Assembly (NCBI GenBank): GCA_049975265.1 | Contig: JBNGDF010000003.1 | Location: 32,001 to 96,000 of the forward strand | Reading direction: 5' to 3' | Source: Fidelibacterota bacterium | GTDB lineage: Bacteria; Fidelibacterota; UBA2242 | DNA length: 64,000 nucleotides | Part shown: one piece after another, positions 10,361-20,072 of the stretch | Numbering within the stretch: the stretch's first letter is position 1 | Layout: every line of letters begins with the position of its first letter | Translations under genes and position numbers: made by a program | Notes under the pieces: generated by a model | Databases searched by the model: none | Told to the model about the DNA's origin: nothing | The model's input: the letters and a program-made list of their open reading frames with translations, nothing else

Positions 10361-10376
10361 TGGTATCATTATTGCA
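10361..10376 (+). promoter_or_regulatory. Putative sigma54 (-24/-12) promoter of grpE-dnaJ
   Basis: TGGTATCATTATTGCA has GG-N10-GC spacing; it ends 52 nt before the grpE start. Confidence 0.6.
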
Positions 10377-10428
10377 AATTGAAAAAAGTTTGATATTTAA
10401 ACTGTAATGAAAAAGGAGTGAACGTACC

Positions 10429-10980
10429 TTGACTGCAAAAGAGAACAAAACGTCAGCTAAAAAGACCGACGAGAGGATACAAAAAAAGACCAAAGCGACC
10501 GGTCACGATAAAGAGATCGCGAAGCTGAAAAGCAAAATTAAAGAATGCGATGAACAATTGGCAGAAATGAAGGATAAATACATCCGCCTGGTGGCAGAAT
10601 TTGATAATTACCGCAAACGGACCCAGAAAGATATGGGTGAGATTATCGAGTATGCCGGCGAGAAGGTATTACGAGAGATTCTGCCCGTTCTTGATGATTT
10701 CGAACGGGCTTTGAACAGTCATGGGGAGAATGAGAAATCCGCTGACTCGCTGCAGCAGGGTCTTGGGATGATTTATAAGAAATTCATAAAAACTCTGACT
10801 GACCTGGATGTCAGGGCGATTGAATCACTGAACAAGCCGTTCGATCCCGATCTGCATCATGCGGTTATGGCGAAAGAGGTCGAAGGGGTGGAACCGGACA
10901 TCGTGGTGGAGGAATTTGAAAAGGGGTACATGTACAAAAACCATGTCCTGCGTCATTCGAAAGTGGTGGTAAGTAAATAA
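10429..10980 (+). CDS. grpE: Nucleotide exchange factor GrpE
   Basis: '[12 protein letters not shown]', '[11 protein letters not shown]', 'FDPDLHHAV', '[17 protein letters not shown]'; AAGGAG SD, TTG start. Confidence 0.96.
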   Translation: MTAKENKTSAKKTDERIQKKTKATGHDKEIAKLKSKIKECDEQLAEMKDKYIRLVAEFDNYRKRTQKDMGEIIEYAGEKVLREILPVLDDFERALNSHGENEKSADSLQQGLGMIYKKFIKTLTDLDVRAIESLNKPFDPDLHHAVMAKEVEGVEPDIVVEEFEKGYMYKNHVLRHSKVVVSK

Positions 10981-10982
10981 TT

Positions 10983-12134
10983 ATGGCAAATGACTATTAT
11001 GAAATATTGGGCATATCCAGGAATGCGACTGCCGATGAGATAAAAAAAGCCTATCGCAAGATGGCGATGAAGTATCACCCCGATAAAAATCCCGGTGATA
11101 AAACAGCGGAAGAGAAATTCAAGCAGGCGGCAGAAGCCTATTCAGTCCTGACCGATCCGCAAAAACGGAAAATGTACGATCAGTACGGACATGCCGGTGT
11201 GAAGGGCAACGGTTTTGGTGGAGCGTCGGGATTCGGTGGCGGGGGATTCAGTGGATTTGATCCTTTTGATATATTCCGCGAAGTATTTGGAGGTAGTGGC
11301 TTCAGCGGTTTTGAGGATTTTTTTGGCGGTGGCGGTGGTGCCCGTCACTCGCGGACGTCCAATGTCCGCTCCGGCAGCGATCTGAAAGTCCGATTACCAC
11401 TGACCCTTGAGGAGATCAATAAGGGCGTAACCAAAAAACTGAAGATCAAGCGTCTGGATATCTGTAAGACCTGTAACGGTTCCGGTACCAAACCGGGCAC
11501 TTCCCGCAAAACCTGTCCGGTCTGTCACGGCACCGGGGAGATTCGGGAGATGACCCGTTCGCTGTTCGGGCAAATGGTCAATGTCCGGGTCTGCTCGAAC
11601 TGCAATGGCGAGGGTTCGGTTGCCGAACAACGCTGCCCGACGTGCGGCGGTGATGGTCGGGTAAGAGGTGTACGCGAGGTGACGGTGCAGGTTCCGCCCG
11701 GTGTCAGCAACGGTCATTACATGACAATGACCGGCGAGGGAAATGCCGGATCACAGGGGGGATCGCGCGGTGATCTGATTGTCATTTTTGAAGAGATCGA
11801 ACACGAGACTTTTATTCGCAATGAAGACAACGTTTTTGTGAATCTGCACATCACTCCCGCTGAGGCGGTTCTGGGTACGGAGATTGAAGTTCCGACCCTG
11901 AATGGACGGGTCAAACTAGTCATCCCCGCCGGTACTCAGAACGGTAAGATGCTACGCCTGAAACAGAAGGGCATTCCGCACCTGCATCAGCACGGACGGG
12001 GGGATCAGATTGTCCGCATTCAGGTTGATATTCCTAAAAACCCGGGAAATCAGGAACGCAAATTGTACCATGAATTGCAAGAAACTGAGAAAAAACGGGG
12101 TGTTGTGTCCAATCGGTTCAGCAAAATCGAATAG
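10983..12134 (+). CDS. dnaJ: Chaperone DnaJ
   Basis: J domain with HPD, G/F-rich linker, four CxxCxGxG repeats. Confidence 0.97.
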   Translation: MANDYYEILGISRNATADEIKKAYRKMAMKYHPDKNPGDKTAEEKFKQAAEAYSVLTDPQKRKMYDQYGHAGVKGNGFGGASGFGGGGFSGFDPFDIFREVFGGSGFSGFEDFFGGGGGARHSRTSNVRSGSDLKVRLPLTLEEINKGVTKKLKIKRLDICKTCNGSGTKPGTSRKTCPVCHGTGEIREMTRSLFGQMVNVRVCSNCNGEGSVAEQRCPTCGGDGRVRGVREVTVQVPPGVSNGHYMTMTGEGNAGSQGGSRGDLIVIFEEIEHETFIRNEDNVFVNLHITPAEAVLGTEIEVPTLNGRVKLVIPAGTQNGKMLRLKQKGIPHLHQHGRGDQIVRIQVDIPKNPGNQERKLYHELQETEKKRGVVSNRFSKIE

Positions 12135-12152
12135 GCGGAATGGAATTTTGAG

Positions 12153-12181
12153 TTGGCGATAAATAGATTTTTATTTATATT
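12153..12181 (+). promoter_or_regulatory. Putative sigma70 promoter giving a leaderless comEA transcript
   Basis: TTGGCG-17-TATATT, then 5 nt to ATG 12187; no SD. Confidence 0.5.
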
Positions 12182-12186
12182 CAAAA

Positions 12187-12630
12187 ATGCTAAATTTGAC
12201 ACGCCAGGAAAGATTTGTGTTGCAGTTTCTGGCACTGTTCTTTGTGATTGGAATTGCGATTCATCTGATCAGGGAAAGAGCCAACGAAAACGAAGCCATA
12301 TCGTTATCTGACACGACGGAAGAAGCCCGAAATTTCCGTGCTAAGGCTGCCAAGGTGGACTCGGCTTATTTTGCCGACCGGGGAACAGGGCTTCAACAAT
12401 CGGCTGGGTCGAAGGTAGTTACCGAAGTACAGAGGCAAAAAATCAACCTGAATTCGGCTACACTTGAAGACCTGATGACATTACCGAAAATTGGCAAAGT
12501 GACCGCAGGAAGGATCATTGAATATCGAACCGCTCACGGCGGCTTTAAGAGCGTTGAAGAATTAATGCATGTCAAAGGTATCGGTGAAAAGACATTGGAA
12601 CGCATAAAACACGAGGTTAGCATTGAGTAA
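12187..12630 (+). CDS. comEA: ComEA family DNA-binding protein (N-terminal TM plus helix-hairpin-helix)
   Basis: 'KINLNSATLEDLMTLPKIGKVTAGRIIEYR..HGGFKSVEELMHVKGIGEKTLERIK'. Confidence 0.9.
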   Translation: MLNLTRQERFVLQFLALFFVIGIAIHLIRERANENEAISLSDTTEEARNFRAKAAKVDSAYFADRGTGLQQSAGSKVVTEVQRQKINLNSATLEDLMTLPKIGKVTAGRIIEYRTAHGGFKSVEELMHVKGIGEKTLERIKHEVSIE

Positions 12631-13399
12631 AGAGGTTGAAGAATACGTTGATGATACTCCGATATTTAAACCCGCATTGGTCAAGGCGTTAAATTATGTC
12701 GCCCTTCTGTTAGCGTTAATCTTGATTATTGTCATCTACGTTCCGACTGTTATCTGGGAAGAGGAAGCCACCATCCGCCGGGAAGGTCGCAGAAGAATGG
12801 TGATCCTTGATAATGTGGAGAGATTTTACCATCAGTTGACCGGCAGCTATCAGGAGGACCCGATTAAGGCAATGAATATCGTCACTGCTGTCAGGGACAG
12901 TACCCGTGCCGATAGCAACTATCACGGTCGCCAGAAACTGGTCTTTGATGACAGCATCTATAAAATAAACGTTCCGAAAAATTTCTATACATATTTTGAC
13001 ACAACCTTTGCATTTTCCTACAGACAAAAAGATACCCTCATCGACACGACTTATAAAGTGACCAAGTGGAACAACGAACTGTTTACATGGGATACCCTGT
13101 TCATTCTCTCCGACCGGTGGCAGAAGATTCAAGGTGATTCGGCATACGGAGATGTAATTGGCATCGAATACTCCGAACGAATCATGGAAAATACCTATTA
13201 CCGTCCCTATTACCTGACGGAAAAGCATGCCACCAGCCCGTTAATCGACGAATTTTATCAGATTACGATAGATTCCAGCGGCTACAAAATCAAAGACCCA
13301 CTGGAAGGTGAGTATCGCGAACGACGTTATTTCTTCTTTACCTTTAAGGATACCTGTCACGGGTGGATTGAAAACAGTCAAAAAAGCTGGGACAGATAA
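12623..13399 (+). CDS. Hypothetical membrane-anchored protein, pilin-like helix after the TM
   Basis: 258 aa; TTG start overlaps the comEA stop; one TM followed by 'P..IWEEE..IRREGRRRM..LDNVERFYHQLTGSY'. Confidence 0.7.
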   Translation: MSKEVEEYVDDTPIFKPALVKALNYVALLLALILIIVIYVPTVIWEEEATIRREGRRRMVILDNVERFYHQLTGSYQEDPIKAMNIVTAVRDSTRADSNYHGRQKLVFDDSIYKINVPKNFYTYFDTTFAFSYRQKDTLIDTTYKVTKWNNELFTWDTLFILSDRWQKIQGDSAYGDVIGIEYSERIMENTYYRPYYLTEKHATSPLIDEFYQITIDSSGYKIKDPLEGEYRERRYFFFTFKDTCHGWIENSQKSWDR

Positions 13400-13421
13400 T
13401 CGGTAAAACCGGGAACACCCC

Positions 13422-14375
13422 ATGATATGTGTTAGCTTCTCTGAAGAGTTTGTCCGGTACGGGCAATTGTTAAAAGACGGAGAAGAATATACGATCGAAG
13501 TTATCAATAAATTTCCTCTGGCTACCCCGTTTAATCCCGAAAATATCAACCATCCGAAAATGGGCAACACGCTGGAAAAAGCCTTTCAGGATATTCGGAG
13601 TGATCTTGCCAAACCGGATGATTATGTCGCCGTCGCCCTGCCTTCTGTGTGGTTTGATATCAGTACAGAGACGATGGATGCAGATTTATCGGAGGACGAT
13701 CTGGAAAAGGGGTTGAATTGGAAAATCGCCAAGCGACTCGGTCAGGTAGCCGAGCAAAAATTCGTGCAGTATTATCCGCTTCCCCATAATTCCGGCGCCG
13801 AGCGCTGCTTTTTGGCTGTTTCTTATTACAAAGACTTGGGTAAACTACTATTAAGAGCATCTCAGGCAGCTGAATTTAATATCCATATTATGGACATTGA
13901 CCTGTTCAGCGCGGCGGCGGCATTGGAGCATTTAATCGAAATCAGGAAAAGCGAAAAGTGGGCGGTCTGGCTGGTGAATGAACAGATTCACGATATGCTG
14001 ATCATCGAATCGGGCAATTTCAGTCAGCTCTGCCGGTTTGAATTTCCGGATATGGAAAATTATATCATTCACCATAAAAGTTCCGCCAGCGATATCGGTG
14101 AAAAGATCATCGCTGATATTAACGGAATCCGCACCTTTGAGCTGGAAACCTTCAGTGCTGTGGACCGGATTTTTTACTATAGTTATACCGTGGACTCTGA
14201 ATTTTTTAATATGCTGCTTACCTATAACATTGAAAATTTTTCAACCATTGATACTTTTGCAGGTAAAAAGCCGGTCAGACTGTATGAGGATGACGGGAAC
14301 GGCATTGGCGCCATGTGTCAGTTTATTGATTTGTTGGGACTGATGTACCGTAAAATTCCGAAGGACAGCCGATGA
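13422..14375 (+). CDS. Hypothetical protein, PilM-like (actin-fold) candidate
   Basis: N-terminal beta pattern 'ICVSFSEEFVRYGQL', 'VAVALPSVWF', 'FLAVSY', 'IHIMDIDLFSAAAAL', 'DMLIIESGNF'; no TM. Confidence 0.55.
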   Translation: MICVSFSEEFVRYGQLLKDGEEYTIEVINKFPLATPFNPENINHPKMGNTLEKAFQDIRSDLAKPDDYVAVALPSVWFDISTETMDADLSEDDLEKGLNWKIAKRLGQVAEQKFVQYYPLPHNSGAERCFLAVSYYKDLGKLLLRASQAAEFNIHIMDIDLFSAAAALEHLIEIRKSEKWAVWLVNEQIHDMLIIESGNFSQLCRFEFPDMENYIIHHKSSASDIGEKIIADINGIRTFELETFSAVDRIFYYSYTVDSEFFNMLLTYNIENFSTIDTFAGKKPVRLYEDDGNGIGAMCQFIDLLGLMYRKIPKDSR

Positions 14376-15658
14376 TTCGTCTTAATCTGACCAATCAACC
14401 GGGACTCCAGGTTGTCGACCAGGCTGAGGAGTTTGATCTGGAGGGGCTTATTCTCGAGGAGTCTGTTGAGGAGACCGGCATTGGTGGCGAAACGCCTGAG
14501 AGCGCCCAAAAAGCCCGGGAAAAAGATATAGCGGTACCGGACCTTGATAATATTCCCGATATGCCGTTGGAGCCATCACTTTCAGATGAGAATGACATCC
14601 CGGAAATTGATGAAGACCTGTTCAAGATGGCTGAAGCCAATCTGGATCTGATTGAACAGGCAGAAGAGGAGGAGGCAGGTTCCAAAGCAAAGGTCAAGAA
14701 GGTTCCCGAGACATCGGAAAAAACCGGTAAAAAACCAAAAAAGTTTCCATTATTCCGATACGGTATTATTGTTGGCGGACTACTTGTCTTAATTATCCTC
14801 TTTTGGCTTTACAGCAATGGCAAACTGACCCGGGATCAGGTTTCTGAAGTGACCCGTGAGGTGACCGAATCGGTTTCAGAAAGGGCGTCCCAAACCGTTG
14901 ACAATATTCCCGACGCCACCCGCCAATTGAGAACGGATGTCGGGGAGGCGACCAAGAAGATTACGGCGGAACTTTCCACTTCCCGGGAGCAGCTCTCGTC
15001 AAGACTGTCACGTTCATCGGCGGGAGGCACGAGCTACGGACCGAGTGATTTATCCGAAAATGTGATTCAGATGGTCCAGCGGGGGCAATTCAAATTAAAC
15101 CTGGTGGCGGATGTTTTGGCGCAGATGCCGGGCGATGCGAGAATCCTCTATTTGCGGATCAAGGATGATAAACTGAGCTTCATTGTATATGTCCGCAGTG
15201 AGCAGGCGGCTGAGCAGCTGCAGGGATATTTTACCGATCATAGCCGGTTCTTTCCTCCGGAGGTCTTTTTCATCGAGAGGTCCGCAAAAAATTCCGACAA
15301 TCCGGTGGAAGTTACGGCTATCATCCGTTTTCGGATGGTTGGATCAGATGATCAGAGGGGGTATCACTATTTAACAGACCGGCAGCTCTCACAATATAGC
15401 TGGCAGGCGGCTTTGATATCGGATATACAGATGAGCCCTCTGAAAATATCGGGTCGCGACATCTATTCTGTCCGTAACGCCGAAATTACCGGGACCGGTA
15501 AAATATCTTCCATCATTGACCTTTTACGGGAATTGGCAGTTCAACGGCACAATATGGCAGTGGATATACTCTCGCTGAAAAGCGACACCGCTGTTTTCAT
15601 TAACGAAGGATTACTGGCGTATAATCTGAGTTCGGTGATTTATCCCGGCAATAGATAA
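14372..15658 (+). CDS. Hypothetical bitopic protein with PilN-like and PilO-like periplasmic domains
   Basis: Starts 'MIRLNL' (PilN 'INLL'-like); acidic linker; TM; 'LVADVLAQMPGDARILYLRIKDDKLSFIVYVRSEQAA'; then 'EITGTGKISSIIDLLRELA...MAVDILSL'. Confidence 0.55.
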   Translation: MIRLNLTNQPGLQVVDQAEEFDLEGLILEESVEETGIGGETPESAQKAREKDIAVPDLDNIPDMPLEPSLSDENDIPEIDEDLFKMAEANLDLIEQAEEEEAGSKAKVKKVPETSEKTGKKPKKFPLFRYGIIVGGLLVLIILFWLYSNGKLTRDQVSEVTREVTESVSERASQTVDNIPDATRQLRTDVGEATKKITAELSTSREQLSSRLSRSSAGGTSYGPSDLSENVIQMVQRGQFKLNLVADVLAQMPGDARILYLRIKDDKLSFIVYVRSEQAAEQLQGYFTDHSRFFPPEVFFIERSAKNSDNPVEVTAIIRFRMVGSDDQRGYHYLTDRQLSQYSWQAALISDIQMSPLKISGRDIYSVRNAEITGTGKISSIIDLLRELAVQRHNMAVDILSLKSDTAVFINEGLLAYNLSSVIYPGNR

Positions 15659-15659
15659 C

Positions 15660-16184
15660 ATGGTTCGAATTATTTCCGGTAAATTCAAGGGTCATCTACT
15701 CAAAACCAATCAACACCCATTCTTACGACCAACCAGTGATCGGGTCAAGGAGGCGCTTTTTTCCATTCTGGGTAATATCGAAAATATGCGGGTTATCGAT
15801 CTGTATGCCGGTTGCGGGAATCTTGGATTTGAGGCGATTTCCCGGGGTGCCGGGGCATGTGTCATGGTCGAGAAAAATCCACAGCAGATCCGGTTGATTA
15901 AAGAAAATACAAACCGTCTCGGATTAAGGGAGAAGATCGAAATTGTCAAAGCCGATGTTCTGCGTTTTTTAGATGATCCGCCTCAGGCGGACCTGGTTTT
16001 GGCTGATCCGCCGTACCGGTATAGATTTTTTGACAGGTTGCTGAATTTGCTTACTGAAAAATTCAAACCGGCGACGATTGCCCTCGAAGCAGGCAAAGAT
16101 CTTACCATTCCCGAACATGTTAATAATACCGTTGTATCACACCGCCTCATGGGTGAAACCAGTCTCACGATTATGAAGGTGTAA
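15660..16184 (+). CDS. rsmD: 16S rRNA m2G966 methyltransferase RsmD
   Basis: 'RIISGKFKG', 'RPTSDRVKEALF', 'DLYAGCG..GFEAISRGA', 'DPPY'. Confidence 0.95.
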   Translation: MVRIISGKFKGHLLKTNQHPFLRPTSDRVKEALFSILGNIENMRVIDLYAGCGNLGFEAISRGAGACVMVEKNPQQIRLIKENTNRLGLREKIEIVKADVLRFLDDPPQADLVLADPPYRYRFFDRLLNLLTEKFKPATIALEAGKDLTIPEHVNNTVVSHRLMGETSLTIMKV

Positions 16185-16670
16185 ATGAAAATTGCAATTT
16201 ATCCCGGTACCTTTGATCCTGTTACCAATGGTCATCTCGATATTCTCGAGCGCGCTGCATCGGTGTTTGAGATGGTCTATATTGCTGTGGCTCATAATGT
16301 CCACAAAAATCCGCTTTTCAGCACGGCGGAGCGAATCGAGATGGTCCGGCGCTGCACTACACAATATCAGAACGTGAAAATCGATCAATTCAGAGGATTG
16401 GCGGTGGATTTTGCGCAAAAAGTCGGGGCGTCGGTGATTATCCGGGGATTACGAGCCATTTCCGATTTTGATTACGAATTTCAGATGGCGCTGATGAATC
16501 GTCATATGAATGACAATATTGATTCCGTCTTCTTTATGCCCCATGAAGATTATACCTATCTGAGCTCCAGCACGGTACGGGAAATCGTTCGGTTTGGTGG
16601 CAATGTCAGTGCCTTTGTACCGGAGTATGTAGAACATGAATTGATCAGAAAACTAAGGAGTAACCCATGA
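16185..16670 (+). CDS. coaD: Pantetheine-phosphate adenylyltransferase
   Basis: '[17 protein letters not shown]', '[17 protein letters not shown]', 'LSSSTVRE'. Confidence 0.97.
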   Translation: MKIAIYPGTFDPVTNGHLDILERAASVFEMVYIAVAHNVHKNPLFSTAERIEMVRRCTTQYQNVKIDQFRGLAVDFAQKVGASVIIRGLRAISDFDYEFQMALMNRHMNDNIDSVFFMPHEDYTYLSSSTVREIVRFGGNVSAFVPEYVEHELIRKLRSNP

Positions 16671-17644
16671 AACTGTTGGCGAATATCCAGGCTCAGGCGA
16701 AGAAAAAAAATAGACGTATTGTCCTCCCCGAAGCCCATGATGAACGGGTATTGAAAGCGGCGGCGATTCTAATTGCCGAAAAAATAGCCGCGGTGACATT
16801 AATTGGTGATGAAGCCAATATTAAAAAACAGGCTGAAAACCTGGACATAGCTTTGTCGGGGGTTGAAATCATTCACCCGGAATCGTCGGACCATTTATCG
16901 GAATTCGCCGAAAAATATTATGAAAAGCGGAAGCATAAGGGCGTTACTCTTGAACAAGCCCGCAAGATGATCCTGAATCCAACCTTTTTCGCGGCGATGC
17001 TGGTGGAAATGGAACACGCCGATGGCTGTGTGTCCGGAGCGGATACGACCACCGGCGATGTGCTCCGCGCTGCGCTGCATATTATTGGTACGCACCCGGA
17101 TACGCCCACGGTTTCCAGCGACTTCTTTATGATTTCACCGGATGAGAAGCAGGTCTGGAGCTTTGCCGATTGTGCCGTTCTGCCGGAACCGACGGCTGAA
17201 CAGCTGGCGGATATTGCCATTGCCACTGCCGAAACCCACCGGAATGTGATCCAGGAAGAGCCCCGAATCGCAATGCTCTCTTTCTCCACAAAAGGCAGCG
17301 CCCGACACCCTCTGGTGGATAAGGTGATCCGGGCGACGGAACTGGTACGGCAGAGAAGGTCTGATCTCCTGATTGACGGTGAATTGCAGCTGGATGCCGC
17401 AATTGTGCCCGAAGTTGGAGCGAAGAAAGCTCCCGCCAGCCCGGTAGCGGGGAAGGCGAATGTGCTGATTTTTCCGGATCTTCAGTCCGGGAATATCGGC
17501 TACAAACTTACCCAGCGTATTGGGGGTTGCGCAGCGGTGGGACCGATTATCCAGGGATTAAGAAAGCCGATGAACGACCTTTCCCGGGGCTGCAGCGTCG
17601 CTGACATTGTCAATGTTGCCGCGATTTTATGTAACCTGAATTAA
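16667..17644 (+). CDS. pta: Phosphate acetyltransferase (short form)
   Basis: '[16 protein letters not shown]', '[10 protein letters not shown]', 'DGELQLDAA', '[10 protein letters not shown]', '[10 protein letters not shown]'. Confidence 0.95.
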   Translation: MKLLANIQAQAKKKNRRIVLPEAHDERVLKAAAILIAEKIAAVTLIGDEANIKKQAENLDIALSGVEIIHPESSDHLSEFAEKYYEKRKHKGVTLEQARKMILNPTFFAAMLVEMEHADGCVSGADTTTGDVLRAALHIIGTHPDTPTVSSDFFMISPDEKQVWSFADCAVLPEPTAEQLADIAIATAETHRNVIQEEPRIAMLSFSTKGSARHPLVDKVIRATELVRQRRSDLLIDGELQLDAAIVPEVGAKKAPASPVAGKANVLIFPDLQSGNIGYKLTQRIGGCAAVGPIIQGLRKPMNDLSRGCSVADIVNVAAILCNLN

Positions 17645-17658
17645 ACCGGATTTGTGCC

Positions 17659-17940
17659 ATGCCAACCTACGAGTACAAGTGTGAAAATTGTGGTTTTGAA
17701 TTTGAACATTTCCAGAGCATCAGCTCCGAGCCGATCCTGGTCTGCCCGAAATGCCGGCAGGAGACAGTAATGCGCAAGATCAGTGGCGGCACCGGTCTGA
17801 TATTCAAAGGCTCCGGTTTTTACATTACCGATTATGTCAATAAAAAAACCGGACCGAAAGAGAGTTCGCCAAAGCCAAAAGGTACTCCTCCGGCAGCGGC
17901 GAAAGAGCCCGCAAAGAAGGCTGCGGACATCGGAAAATAG
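17659..17940 (+). CDS. FmdB family zinc-ribbon protein
   Basis: 'MPTYEYKCENCG..FE..Q.....CPKC...FKGSGFYITDY'. Confidence 0.92.
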   Translation: MPTYEYKCENCGFEFEHFQSISSEPILVCPKCRQETVMRKISGGTGLIFKGSGFYITDYVNKKTGPKESSPKPKGTPPAAAKEPAKKAADIGK

Positions 17941-18004
17941 TAATTACCGGTAAATCAAATGCTCCAAAACAGCCGTTCAGAGCGTCTTTTGTCGCAAGGT
18001 TTGT

Positions 18005-18265
18005 CTATTTTTCAGAAGATTTTTCGGTGGGATTCTTTTTCCTGAGCAATATTGCTGCAGGGACAATGATCAGGTATCCAATCAACAGGATAATCGGTGC
18101 CAGCGTCAACGCGCGGAACGAGTAGGTATCGCCGCTTGCCATGATAAAATATCCGATAATGATCGTCAAAATTCCGATTCCGAAGATGATAAAATTTCTG
18201 CCCGTCAGCGTGGATTCACTGATAAATGGGTCCTGTTTCCTGATGGCTTTTTTTACCTTTGGCAT
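18005..18265 (-). CDS. DUF3098-like two-TM protein
   Basis: 'NFIIFGIGILTIIIGYFIM...LTLAPIILLIGY'. Confidence 0.8.
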   Translation of the reverse strand: MPKVKKAIRKQDPFISESTLTGRNFIIFGIGILTIIIGYFIMASGDTYSFRALTLAPIILLIGYLIIVPAAILLRKKNPTEKSSEK

Positions 18266-18375
18266 CGCTCTGTCCTGCTTATTCTTTCATGTTTCAACAT
18301 TCCGGTGAAAATATAGTCATTATATTGCGAACTTGAAACAGTAAAAATTGTTCCCATCATGAAAAGATACGGTTA

Positions 18376-18404
18376 TTGACATCTCTGTCACAATTTTGTA
18401 GTTT
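18376..18404 (+). promoter_or_regulatory. Putative sigma70 promoter with overlapping TGACA-N4-TGTCA inverted repeat
   Basis: TTGACA-17-TAGTTT with TG before -10; GAGGAG SD before GTG 18432. Confidence 0.55.
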
Positions 18405-18431
18405 AATCCCATTAGAATTGAGGAGCAATTT

Positions 18432-19433
18432 GTGAAAGAGGCGTTGTGGTGGAAAACAGTTGATCAGCAGATTCAGTGCGGACTATGTCCACACCGGTGC
18501 AGGATTGCGAATAATCATTACGGGCTCTGCAATGTCCGCCAGAACCGAAACGGGTATTTATTCAGTGCTGTTTATGGAAAACCGGTTGCAGTCCATATGG
18601 ATCCCATTGAAAAAAAGCCTTTATATCATTTTTTCCCGGGTAGGGAGATCCTTTCCATCGGCACGATCGGGTGCAATCTGTTTTGTAAATTTTGTCAAAA
18701 TTGGGACATTGCCCGGGCGAAGCCGGGGAATGTGATGAGCCGCATGATCAGCCCGCAGGCGATTATTGACGCCGCTGTTGGTAATAATTCAATCGGAATT
18801 GCCTTTACGTATAACGAACCGACTGTTTTTGGTGAGTATGTTCTCGATATTGCCCGCTTGGCTCACGAGTCCGGCTTAAAAACGGTCATGGTGACCAACG
18901 GCTATATTACGCGGGAAGCCATCCTCGATATTTATCCCCATATCGATGCCGCCAACGTTGATCTGAAATCGTTCTCTGTCGATTTTTACCGGCGCTACTG
19001 TGGAGGGGAGCTACAGGGAGTGCTGGATGCTATTCTGGCGATAAAAGAGCAGGGCACGTTCCTGGAACTGACGACTCTGATTATTCCCGGTGTAAATGAC
19101 ACTGAATCTGAAAACGAGACGCTGGTCCGTTGGATTTTGGACAATCTGGGCACCGATACACCGCTGCACTTTTCGGCTTTTCACCCCAGTTATAAAATGA
19201 CTCATCTGCCGCGAACACCCAAAGCCACCCTCGACCGGATCCGGAAAAACGCTCTCGATAGCGGACTCCACTATGTTTACGAAGGTAATGTGATGACCGT
19301 CGATGAAGGCGATACATACTGCCGCTCCTGCGGGCGCCTTTTAATCCGGCGGCAGGGTTATCATATAGAGTATCAGAACCTCCGGGGGAATGTCTGTGTC
19401 TGCGGCACCCGGAACGAGATCATTGTGTCCTAA
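18432..19433 (+). CDS. amrS: AmmeMemoRadiSam system radical SAM enzyme
   Basis: N-terminal 'CGLCPHRC...GLCNVR', 'DPIEKKPLYHF', CxxxCxxC 'GCNLFCKFCQNWDI', 'AFTYNEP', C-terminal CxxC. Confidence 0.92.
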   Translation: MKEALWWKTVDQQIQCGLCPHRCRIANNHYGLCNVRQNRNGYLFSAVYGKPVAVHMDPIEKKPLYHFFPGREILSIGTIGCNLFCKFCQNWDIARAKPGNVMSRMISPQAIIDAAVGNNSIGIAFTYNEPTVFGEYVLDIARLAHESGLKTVMVTNGYITREAILDIYPHIDAANVDLKSFSVDFYRRYCGGELQGVLDAILAIKEQGTFLELTTLIIPGVNDTESENETLVRWILDNLGTDTPLHFSAFHPSYKMTHLPRTPKATLDRIRKNALDSGLHYVYEGNVMTVDEGDTYCRSCGRLLIRRQGYHIEYQNLRGNVCVCGTRNEIIVS

Positions 19434-19465
19434 TATTTTCAGTATGATTCAAGAGAGGAGGAATA

Positions 19466-19651
19466 ATGCTGACCCGATTAAGTGTAGAAGTTGACCGTGA
19501 CGAACTGCTGGAATTCAAGCAGGTACTTGAAAAAATGACGTCCAGCCAGCCGAGTGTGGAAATTAAGCTCAATTCCACAATTCGCGGTATCTGCCGCTTG
19601 ATTCTGAAAGATATTGACAAGTGGGAAACATTTAAAAGCGACAAATGGTAA
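19466..19651 (+). CDS. Small hypothetical protein, possible ribbon-helix-helix
   Basis: 61 aa; strong AGAGGAGG SD; 'TRLSVEV' strand followed by two helices. Confidence 0.65.
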   Translation: MLTRLSVEVDRDELLEFKQVLEKMTSSQPSVEIKLNSTIRGICRLILKDIDKWETFKSDKW

Positions 19652-19730
19652 AAAGCCTGTCAAAAAACATTGATAATTAAAATGAGTTTTGTAAATTCGA
19701 TAATGGTATTTTTATGAGGATAATTAAGGA

Positions 19731-20021
19731 ATGGCTGACGATCTGAAAATTGATTTTGGCAGCACCGAAAGCTGTCAGACCTACCTGATGTCGAAGTTCG
19801 ATGATCTTTTGACCGGCATTAATCATTTGTATGGTAAAGCCTTGATGAACGAATTGATTCTGCGTCTGGAAAAGACCATCGCTCAGTTTCATCAGGACCT
19901 CAAATCTCTGCTGGCGGACATTCAAAGTCCTGAATCTGGGCAGTCTCTGCAGACAGACGCTGCCGGGGTTTCCGATTCGCCGGTAGAAACAAATCCACAG
20001 AATCAGCCGCCGACGAATTAG
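19731..20021 (+). CDS. Small hypothetical helical protein
   Basis: 96 aa; GAGG/AAGGA upstream; TTGATA-16-TAAATT promoter-like sequence upstream. Confidence 0.7.
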   Translation: MADDLKIDFGSTESCQTYLMSKFDDLLTGINHLYGKALMNELILRLEKTIAQFHQDLKSLLADIQSPESGQSLQTDAAGVSDSPVETNPQNQPPTN

Positions 20022-20072
20022 AAAAATTCTGGAATATGTGATACTATCGAATTGTAAATATGGGAGTAGTTA

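Noticed and set aside
11200..11345. GGT/GGC-rich repeats
   Set aside because: Normal G/F-rich linker of DnaJ.
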